This document shows positions 25,286 to 32,000 of a stretch of DNA of 32,000 nt, piece by piece. The stretch comes from Bdellovibrionales bacterium. GTDB taxonomy: Bacteria; Bdellovibrionota; Bdellovibrionia; Bdellovibrionales; UBA1609. Position 1 is the first letter of the stretch, and each line of letters begins with the position of its first letter. The notes under the pieces were generated by a model. The model ran no database searches. It was not told the DNA's origin and worked only from the letters and a program-made list of their open reading frames with translations. Made by a program: the position numbers and the translations under genes. The DNA is taken from positions 480,001 through 512,000 of the forward strand of contig OY843585.1 in assembly GCA_963692945.1 (NCBI GenBank), given 5' to 3'.

Positions 25286-26392
25286 CTAAAAGCTTTTTGT
25301 GATATTGAGATCAAAATCTTTTTTGAGAGAAGGGATTTTTTTAGGAGGAGATTTCATAACATTTAACCAGTTTTCTGGAGTCTCCATACATAAAAAAATA
25401 TTCCAGTCTGGGTCATGCTCTTTAAATTTGTTCAAGACATATTGAAACATCTTTTGACGAACTTCATTGTCATAGCGAAGTTTTCCATCTTTGCCTCTAA
25501 AAAACTCTCCTCTGCAAACAAGACTTTCCATTCCAAAACGTTTTCTCATTATGGATTTTTGAAAGGGTTGGAATCGTAAAGCTCCTAAGGAAATATGAGT
25601 CACTTCTTTTGCAGAAAACAAGGAAGTGATTTGTTGAACCAACTCTCCATAATTTGTTTTCCATTCGGGATGATAAATAAGAGGGTCTATATGAAAAGAT
25701 AGTCTAAATCCTTTGTCTCTCACTTTTTGAGCGGCTTCCAATCTTTTTTTAAGAGAGGCTGTTCCATGTTCTTCTTTTGTAACAATGTATTCAGGGTTGA
25801 TAGACCAACTCACAACAACATTTCCAATATGGTTTTCCTTTTCAAAATTTTTAATATTGTCAGATTTTGTTTTAAATTCAAGAAGCCAGTTTGGACAATC
25901 TTTAAAGAAATGAACTAATTTTTTAGAGTAAAGACTTATGTCATCAAGGCTTAAACTATCTGTTTGTTCCCCTGTTCCAATGCGAATGTATTGGTCTTTG
26001 TATTTGTTTTTTAAATCTTTTAATTCCTCTAAGGCCTGCTCTATGTTGGTGTAAATAACAACGGCAGGGAAGTTGATAAAAGATTGTAAGTAACAATAAG
26101 AGCAATCCATTTCACAATGTTGACCAAGATTTAAAACATAATAATTGCAACACATCATTTTAGGATTAGCTCCAGGACATCTTTTGAAAAAAGACCCTTT
26201 AAACTTTTTTAAGAGAAGCGTTTTTTTACTTTTATCCATATCAGAAGCCGATAAACTTCCTTTTTTAAAATCATCTTCTTCTATAATTTGAATTTTACTT
26301 TTAGGGAAAAGAGATAAAATCCTTTGAGCCACTTCACTGTTTTTAGAAGATCTTTCAATATAAATTTTTTCAAAATAATTTAGGAGTTCCAT
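25286..26392 (-). CDS. spore-photoproduct-lyase-like radical SAM protein (SplB family)
   Basis: CEMDCSYC is a CxxxCxxC radical SAM cluster motif. IGTGEQTDSL resembles the SPL family. I prefer the ATG at 26392 (MELLNYFEKIYIE...). The longer track ORF to 26485 would overlap the upstream gene by 53 nt. Confidence 0.75.
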   Translation of the reverse strand: MELLNYFEKIYIERSSKNSEVAQRILSLFPKSKIQIIEEDDFKKGSLSASDMDKSKKTLLLKKFKGSFFKRCPGANPKMMCCNYYVLNLGQHCEMDCSYCYLQSFINFPAVVIYTNIEQALEELKDLKNKYKDQYIRIGTGEQTDSLSLDDISLYSKKLVHFFKDCPNWLLEFKTKSDNIKNFEKENHIGNVVVSWSINPEYIVTKEEHGTASLKKRLEAAQKVRDKGFRLSFHIDPLIYHPEWKTNYGELVQQITSLFSAKEVTHISLGALRFQPFQKSIMRKRFGMESLVCRGEFFRGKDGKLRYDNEVRQKMFQYVLNKFKEHDPDWNIFLCMETPENWLNVMKSPPKKIPSLKKDFDLNITKSF

Positions 26393-26432
26393 TATTTTAG
26401 TTGTTCCGTGATTTTTTTGTGAAGAGATGTGA

Positions 26433-26933
26433 TTAATTGTTCCATAATTTTTTTTCTTTTTTAATGGTATCTTTGATTTGTTCAAGATTTTTTATTTTTT
26501 GTTCTAAATCTTTTATAGAAGAGCTTTGGAAAGAAACTTCTAAACACCCTTGGTCTTTATTGCGAACCCATCTTCCTTTCAAAAAAGATGACCAAGGTAA
26601 GTTTTTTATAATTTGAGTCCTCTGTTTATCTTGTTTAGAAGACAAAGGGTATCTTAAATCTTTTAGTTTTTTTAATAGAATTTTTGGATCGTGTTCTTTT
26701 TCAAAAAGAATCTTAAGAGATTTTCCCATAAGAAGCAATTCTCCACTGAGCTCTAAAATTTGAGAACCTTGGGAGTGACTAGGTTGATTTTGTCCTATCC
26801 ACTCTAAAATGGGTTTAATAGAATCCAATTTAGAAAATTCTGTGAGAATGCTCAATTCTCTAAGACTTAGTTTTTTATCTTTCACCCAAGATTTAAAAGG
26901 AAGAGAGTGTTTTAAAATTTGAGGAAGTTCCAT
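26433..26933 (-). CDS. hypothetical protein
   Basis: 166-aa ORF immediately upstream of and co-oriented with the SPL-like gene. No motif recognised. Confidence 0.45.
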   Translation of the reverse strand: MELPQILKHSLPFKSWVKDKKLSLRELSILTEFSKLDSIKPILEWIGQNQPSHSQGSQILELSGELLLMGKSLKILFEKEHDPKILLKKLKDLRYPLSSKQDKQRTQIIKNLPWSSFLKGRWVRNKDQGCLEVSFQSSSIKDLEQKIKNLEQIKDTIKKEKKLWNN

Positions 26934-27101
26934 AACTTTTTTTAATCAGATTTTTGTGAATCTTCAAGTAAAAGATTCTTGATAGTAGAAAATAAGGACG
27001 GAAAAGGGGTTTTATTGTTTTATATTGTTATCCGTCTTTTTTTGTTGAAACATTTTGGGTTTGTATTCAGATAAGGAGTTTTGAGATTAACTTTTAGAAA
27101 T

Positions 27102-27443
27102 CTATTTTGATACTGGTGTTTTTGGATTGGTTTTAGAATTTACTGGGGGTTTAGAATCAGCAGGAGATTCTTCTGAAGAAACATTTTTTAGACCAGACAT
27201 TAAATCACTGTCTTGGTTGGAACTTACATAAGATAAGTAAATAGAAGTGGAAGCAAAGACAATGGCTAACCATTTGGTTGTTTGGACTAAGAAATTAGAA
27301 GCACCACCTGTTCCAAAAAGAGATTTGCTGCCACCGCCTCCTCCTAAAGTTCCTAAAACGCCTCCTTTAGGGTCTTGAAGAAGTATAAAAATCACCACAA
27401 AGATACAAGTTAGAAGATGAATAATAGAGGCCATGTAAACCAT
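27102..27443 (-). CDS. secG: preprotein translocase subunit SecG
   Basis: ILLQDPKGGVLGTLGGGGGSKSLFGTGGASNFL...TKWLAIVFASTSIYLSY is the SecG pattern. The ATG at 27443 has AGGT upstream. The track start at 27461 is TTG. Confidence 0.8.
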   Translation of the reverse strand: MVYMASIIHLLTCIFVVIFILLQDPKGGVLGTLGGGGGSKSLFGTGGASNFLVQTTKWLAIVFASTSIYLSYVSSNQDSDLMSGLKNVSSEESPADSKPPVNSKTNPKTPVSK

Positions 27444-27552
27444 AGACTTACCTATAAACAAAAATGCTGTATTTGAAAAGAAAAAAGATAAATTTTTGTA
27501 AGAATTATTGGTGTTAGGAGCCGTTTATAGGCATTAAAAGTTATGGATTTGA

Positions 27553-28818
27553 CTAGGGTTTAAAAAAACTTTCTATGATATCCCAAGTTTTATGTAAATC
27601 TTCTTTAGAAATACAATACGGTGGAAGAATATAAATGGTTCCACCTAAAGGCCTTAGAAAAACACCTTTATCAAAGGCTTTTTTTGTCCATTCTTCTGAA
27701 AGTAAGGAGCCATAGCCTTTAGAGTTTTCAACTTCAACGGCTGCAATAAGTCCTTTCCAACGAACATCTTTTAATTGAGAGCTTTTTTGAAGCTGTTCCG
27801 CTCTTTCTTTATGAATGGATTCAATTTTTTTCCATTTGTCTTTTAAAGTTTGTTTGTTTTTTTTCAAGAGTTTTAAATTGGCATAAGCAGCCGCACAGGA
27901 GATAGGATTTCCTGTAAAACTATGACCATGAAAAAGAGCCGTTTCTTTTTTATTGGATAAAAAATCTTCATAAATAGAATTTGAACTTATAGTTAAAGCC
28001 AAAGGTAAAGAACCTCCTGTTAATCCTTTGGAAAGGCAGAGTATGTCAGGTTTTGTATGTAATTGCTCTAAAGCAAAGAGTGTTCCTGTTCGGCCAAAAC
28101 CAGTCATCACTTCATCAAAAATAAGATAAACTCCAGCTTCTTTTGTGATTTTGCAAATATGTTCTAAGGCTTCTTGAGGCCAAATAATCATGCCACCCGC
28201 TCCTTGAATAAAAGGTTCTATGATAACAGCGGCAAGATTTTTATGATGTTTTTCTAATTTTCTTTCAAAATCTTCATAAAATGTTTTTACAGAGTCTGTG
28301 CTAAAATGTCCTTGTTGGGAAAGTTCAATAGAAAATAAAAGAGGTTTGTAAGGTTTTGTAAAAACACTAGGTGCACTTACACTCATAGCTCCTACAGTGT
28401 CTCCATGATAAGAATGACTGAAACTTAAAAATTTTTTTCTATTAGGTTCTCCTTTTTGATTCCAACTTTGCAGTGACATTTTTAAAGCCACTTCCACAGC
28501 GGTTGACCCATTGTCAGAGAAAAAAACTTTTTGAAGATTTTTAGGTAAAAGGCTTAGCAATTCATTGGCTAGATTTTCGGCTGTTTCATGTGTGAGATTA
28601 GCAAATAAAATTTGATCTAATTTTTGAACTTGGTTTTGAATGGCTTGAACAATCTCTGGTTCACAATGCCCATGAGTGATAACCCACCAAGAAGAAATAG
28701 CATCAATTATTTTTTTTCCATTTTGTAATAAAAGATAAGTCCCTTTTGCTTCAGAAACTTTCGGAAAACTTTTATCGGCCAATTTCATTTGAGTGAAAGG
28801 TCGCCAAATAGAAGACAT
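27553..28818 (-). CDS. bioA: adenosylmethionine-8-amino-7-oxononanoate aminotransferase
   Basis: Class-III aminotransferase motifs: WWVITHGHCEPEI, DEVMTGFGRTG, and the PLP lysine context LSKGLTGG. Sits in a bio operon. Confidence 0.9.
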   Translation of the reverse strand: MSSIWRPFTQMKLADKSFPKVSEAKGTYLLLQNGKKIIDAISSWWVITHGHCEPEIVQAIQNQVQKLDQILFANLTHETAENLANELLSLLPKNLQKVFFSDNGSTAVEVALKMSLQSWNQKGEPNRKKFLSFSHSYHGDTVGAMSVSAPSVFTKPYKPLLFSIELSQQGHFSTDSVKTFYEDFERKLEKHHKNLAAVIIEPFIQGAGGMIIWPQEALEHICKITKEAGVYLIFDEVMTGFGRTGTLFALEQLHTKPDILCLSKGLTGGSLPLALTISSNSIYEDFLSNKKETALFHGHSFTGNPISCAAAYANLKLLKKNKQTLKDKWKKIESIHKERAEQLQKSSQLKDVRWKGLIAAVEVENSKGYGSLLSEEWTKKAFDKGVFLRPLGGTIYILPPYCISKEDLHKTWDIIESFFKP

Positions 28819-28819
28819 A

Positions 28820-29503
28820 TTATGGATGTTGTTCTTGGGGATAGAGAGGTTGATGATTTTTAGATAAGGTTTGTACTTTTACAGTGTTTGATTGAGAGTG
28901 TTTGAAAACCTCTTCTTCTAAATTTCTTAACAAGGTAAAGTAAATTTGATGTTCATACTCTTTAATCTCTTCAAAATTTTGTTCAGAAAAAGGATCTAGT
29001 TTTTTAATAGAATACATAACCGTCTCAAGATGTTTTTCTTCTTCTTTCAAGATGCAATTCACTGTAAAAGGAAAATCATTTCTTTCTAAAATTTTATTAT
29101 ATATAGAATAAACCAGAGTGGCTCGTAATTCTACAATATAGGTTGTGTATAAGTAATTCAAAATAGTATTAGATCGGGATAAAGTTTTAGACTTTTGATC
29201 TATTTGTTGAAAGTAACTTTCGGCTTGTTTAGAACATAGCATTTCATGTTCATGAAAGGATAAATCTTTTCCAGAAACTTTTTTAGCCAGTCTTTTGAAA
29301 AAAAGACTGTGGCGGGATTCTTCGTTAATGTGTTCCAGAAGAGTTTCATTTAAACTGTGAGCTGGAAGGCTTTTTAACATTTTGCGAGTTCCAATGTATT
29401 CCAAAAAAGATAAGGTGTTTAACCAAGAAGAATGTGTAGTCTTATCAGAAATAATCCTCTCTAAAATTTTTATTAAAAGTAGAGTGGTTTTTTTGGATTG
29501 CAT
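28820..29503 (-). CDS. uncharacterised ferritin-like diiron-carboxylate-motif protein embedded in the bio operon
   Basis: Residues E35...E62-S-R-H65 and E125...E155-E-K-H158, i.e. a duplicated E-x(27-30)-ExxH. Predicted all-helical. The stop lies 1 nt from the bioA ATG. Confidence 0.6.
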   Translation of the reverse strand: MQSKKTTLLLIKILERIISDKTTHSSWLNTLSFLEYIGTRKMLKSLPAHSLNETLLEHINEESRHSLFFKRLAKKVSGKDLSFHEHEMLCSKQAESYFQQIDQKSKTLSRSNTILNYLYTTYIVELRATLVYSIYNKILERNDFPFTVNCILKEEEKHLETVMYSIKKLDPFSEQNFEEIKEYEHQIYFTLLRNLEEEVFKHSQSNTVKVQTLSKNHQPLYPQEQHP

Positions 29504-29580
29504 CGTCTAGAGGATAGATTTTTTATTATAAAATAGCAAAACTTTTTTGGTAATCCTTTTTATAAGAGAAGGTTTGTTTG

Positions 29581-30177
29581 TTAAATTTTAAAACCTTGAA
29601 AGACCTTTAGAATTTCTTGCTTTGTGATTTGTTGAAGGTGGGGGATTTCTAACAAAATTGGAACTTCGCTCCAATTTTGTAAGTCTTTTTTATTTAAGGG
29701 GTGTGGTTCACCTGAAAGAATAAGTCCTGCCACTTCAAGTCCTCTGGATTTTAAGGTTTCAAGTGTCAGAAGGCTGTGGTTTAAAGTTCCCAGTCCACTT
29801 CTAGCAACAACAAGAATGGGTAATTGAAGTTGTTTCATCAAATCCAATTGGCTTTCCTTGTTGTTGAGAGGAACAAAAACTCCTCCTAAACCTTCTACTA
29901 TTAAAAAATCAGCACTTGGTTTTTGGATGTTTTTCAAGGAGAGACTTTGTTGTTCTTTTTGAGCCGCTTGGTTAGGAGATAAGGGATGTTTGAAGGAGTA
30001 AGAGCTTTTGTGTATTTTTTGAGATTCTAAAAAGGGACGAATAAAATCACTGTCTGTTGGTTCTCCAGTTTGTATGGGTTTCCAATAGCTAGCTTTAAAA
30101 AAAAGACAGAGACCTAAAGAGACTAGAGTTTTCCCCACCCCCGTATCTGTTCCTGTAACAAAAAAACCTTTAGACAT
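29581..30177 (-). CDS. bioD: dethiobiotin synthetase
   Basis: P-loop FFVTGTDTGVGKT, about 200 aa, overlaps the bioF stop by 8 nt. Confidence 0.9.
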   Translation of the reverse strand: MSKGFFVTGTDTGVGKTLVSLGLCLFFKASYWKPIQTGEPTDSDFIRPFLESQKIHKSSYSFKHPLSPNQAAQKEQQSLSLKNIQKPSADFLIVEGLGGVFVPLNNKESQLDLMKQLQLPILVVARSGLGTLNHSLLTLETLKSRGLEVAGLILSGEPHPLNKKDLQNWSEVPILLEIPHLQQITKQEILKVFQGFKI

Positions 30178-31255
30178 TTTGTAAATGATTTTTTAAGTTT
30201 TCTAAATCTTTTTCATTGTGCTTGTATTGTAAAATGACTCTTAAACCGGCTTGTTCTTTAGGCACTGTAGGATAACGAATGGCTCGGATGTTAAACCCTT
30301 TTTCTCTAAGTTTTTTTGCTTTTTCAAGAGCTGATGTAGGGGTTTTTAACCAGATGGGAAGAATAGGACTTTCACTTTCTTTAAGTGAGAGAGATTTTCT
30401 AAATTGTAAAGATTTTTTTCTCACTTCTAAAGGTCTATACACTTCCGATTTTAAAACTTCTACGGCCGCTTTCCACTGAACCATTAAAAGAGGAGGTGGA
30501 GCTGTTGTATAAATAAAAGAGCGACAATAATTTACAAGATAGTCTTTGATGAGTTTGGAGCAGGCAACAAAAGCTCCTGAACTCCCTAGAGCCTTTCCAC
30601 AAGTATGAAGAGATACAATATGTTCTTTGTCTTTTAGATCATAGACCAACCCTGAAAATTGACGACCAAACAGACCTGTAGAGTGAGCTTCATCCACAAC
30701 AAGAAGGGCTTTGTGTTTTAGAGCCAAATCAGACAATTGTTTTAAATGTGAAAAATCTCCTTCTATACTAAAGAGGCTTTCTGTTACCAGAAGTTTTTCT
30801 CGTTTTTCTTTTTTCAATAAATCTTCTAAAACATTTAGATCATTGTGAGGAAAAATATGATAAGGGGAGTGGCTTAAACGAATGCCGTCAATAAGGCTTG
30901 CATGGTTTAATTCATCTGAGAAAATGACTTTATTTTTTGCTAGAGCAGGAATCAGTCCAACATTTGCTAGATAACCTGATGAAAAACTTACAATGGATGG
31001 TCTTCCTGTAAAGTCTTGTAGAATGGTTTCTGTTTCTTCATGCCATGTTGTTGTTCCCGACAGCAGCCTAGAAGATTTTGCGGAAAGCTCTATGTTGTTT
31101 TCAAGAGCTGCTATCATTTCTTCACGAATTGTAGGATGAGTGCTAAGATTTAAGTAATCGTTAGAAGTAAAATCTAAGCCGTTGAGTTTATTGGTTTTGC
31201 GATAAATATTTTTCTTTTTTCTGTCTTCTAAATTTTTTTCAAAAAGATCAAACAT
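30170..31255 (-). CDS. bioF: 8-amino-7-oxononanoate synthase
   Basis: Class-II aminotransferase fold. DEAHSTG and the PLP lysine context HTCGKALGSSG. Overlaps the bioB stop by 8 nt. Confidence 0.9.
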   Translation of the reverse strand: MFDLFEKNLEDRKKKNIYRKTNKLNGLDFTSNDYLNLSTHPTIREEMIAALENNIELSAKSSRLLSGTTTWHEETETILQDFTGRPSIVSFSSGYLANVGLIPALAKNKVIFSDELNHASLIDGIRLSHSPYHIFPHNDLNVLEDLLKKEKREKLLVTESLFSIEGDFSHLKQLSDLALKHKALLVVDEAHSTGLFGRQFSGLVYDLKDKEHIVSLHTCGKALGSSGAFVACSKLIKDYLVNYCRSFIYTTAPPPLLMVQWKAAVEVLKSEVYRPLEVRKKSLQFRKSLSLKESESPILPIWLKTPTSALEKAKKLREKGFNIRAIRYPTVPKEQAGLRVILQYKHNEKDLENLKNHLQNV

Positions 31256-32000
31256 GAATATTCTCTAGAGGTTTTGTGAGCTGAAGTCCCGCTTCTTTTA
31301 GTAGGAGTTTATCCGATTTTAAAGAAGGATTTTCTGCTGTCAGAAGTTTATCTCCTAAGAAAATAGAATTGGCTCCACTGTAAAAACAAAGGAGTTGTTC
31401 GGCTTCATTCATAGTGCTTCGTCCTGCACTGAGACGAATAAAAGATTTTTTCATGAGTATTCGTGATACAGCAATGACTCGTAAAACTTCCAGAGCAGAA
31501 ATAGGTTTTTGATGTTCCAGAGGAGTTCCTTTTATAGGGACAAGGGTATTTATAGTTAGGCTTTCTGGAGGAGGAGATAGTTTGTTTAATTGATGAATAA
31601 AAGAGATGCGATCTTCTTTTGTTTCCCCCATTCCTAAAATGCCACCAGTGCAAACCGTTAAACCCGCTTCTCTTACATTTTGTAAAGTTTTTAATCGGTC
31701 TTCATATTTTCTAGTGGTTATAATTTGGGAGTAAAATTCAGGTGAGGTATCAATGTTATGATTGTAAGCATAGAGACCAGCTTGTTTTAATTTTTTAGCT
31801 TGATTAAGATTCAGCATTCCTAAAGTGCAACAAACTTCAAGCCCGAGTTCCTTCACGGCTGTAACCATTTTTAAAACTTTTTCAAAATCAGATCCTTCTT
31901 TAATTTCTCTCCAAGCAGCACCCATACAAAAACGAGAAGCTCCTTCTTTTTTTGCTTCCTTTGCTTTTTTCAAAACCGTTTCTAAATCTAAAAGTTTTTC
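31248..32000 (-). CDS. bioB: biotin synthase, partial (N-terminus with radical SAM cysteines lies beyond the window end)
   Basis: ASRFCMGAAWR, YNHNIDTS and CTGGILGMGE are BioB motifs. The frame stays open from 31973 to 32000 (EKLLDLETV...), so the track M at 31973 (a TTG) is internal. Confidence 0.9.
   Translation of the reverse strand, partial: EKLLDLETVLKKAKEAKKEGASRFCMGAAWREIKEGSDFEKVLKMVTAVKELGLEVCCTLGMLNLNQAKKLKQAGLYAYNHNIDTSPEFYSQIITTRKYEDRLKTLQNVREAGLTVCTGGILGMGETKEDRISFIHQLNKLSPPPESLTINTLVPIKGTPLEHQKPISALEVLRVIAVSRILMKKSFIRLSAGRSTMNEAEQLLCFYSGANSIFLGDKLLTAENPSLKSDKLLLKEAGLQLTKPLENIHV

Noticed and set aside
25277-25298. Hairpin AAAAAGC-ctaaaa-GCTTTTT as a bidirectional terminator between the DUF805 and SPL-like genes
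   Set aside because: The stem is almost pure A:T and overlaps the last codons and stop of the SPL-like gene. It is too weak to call.
26393-26485. Long N-terminal extension of the SPL-like ORF (start at 26485)
   Set aside because: It would overlap the upstream ORF by 53 nt and add a K-rich peptide. SPL-family proteins begin close to the ...IYIE... segment, so the ATG at 26392 fits better.
31248-31973. bioB as a complete 241-aa gene starting at 31973
   Set aside because: That codon is TTG and the frame remains open to the window end. The radical SAM CxxxCxxC N-terminal region of BioB is missing, so the gene is truncated by the window rather than complete.

Overview
Densely coding, visibly AT-rich bacterial chromosomal window (about 30% G+C by eye, not computed). 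No source organism can be assigned. The gene content (Bat operon, GldG-type ABC system, lipobox MltD, SecG) fits a Gram-negative lineage.

Layout:
(1) 1-2.1 kb: an accessory module on the 3' side of tRNA-Gln(UUG). It holds a partial integrase-repeat-like ORF, an XRE regulator and a coiled-coil PD-(D/E)xK-like protein. A perfect 31-bp duplication of the tRNA 3' end and other att-like scars lie beside it.
(2) 2.2-5.3 kb, minus strand: spoVG, htrA/degP, a DUF1844 protein and a membrane protein that looks like an M48 peptidase without its HExxH motif.
(3) 5.4-12.8 kb: a complete MoxR - DUF58 - membrane protein - BatA - BatB - BatC - BatD operon with overlapping stop/start codons.
(4) 13.0-19.2 kb: an MltD-like lipoprotein with three LysM domains, then ABC ATPase - ABC-2 permease - GldG-like - DUF4340.
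(5) 19.1-24.7 kb: a clearly accessory, repeat-ridden locus.
- Three paralogous Sec-signal ankyrin-repeat genes are arranged as cassettes bounded by three copies of the last ~125 nt of the DUF4340 gene.
- A ~69-bp tandem repeat and an uninterrupted (TTAC)13 tract lie in the leader of the second cassette.
- A mobile-mystery-protein A/B pair (HTH plus Fic) follows, preceded by twin inverted repeats.
- A small Cys-rich secreted protein and an orphan three-repeat CRISPR-like mini-array (37-bp repeats) come next. No cas genes occur anywhere in the window.
(6) 24.7-32 kb: a DUF805 protein, then on the minus strand an SPL-like radical SAM enzyme, an unknown ORF, secG and a biotin operon bioB-bioF-bioD-X-bioA. 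X is an uncharacterised 227-aa protein with a duplicated E...ExxH diiron-carboxylate signature. Its stop lies 1 nt from the bioA start. No bioC/H/W/I/Z is visible in the window.

The two best candidates for undescribed biology are the integrase-less ankyrin cassette / contingency-repeat / orphan-array locus and the diiron protein embedded in the bio operon. All family names come from motif recognition by eye. No database search was run.
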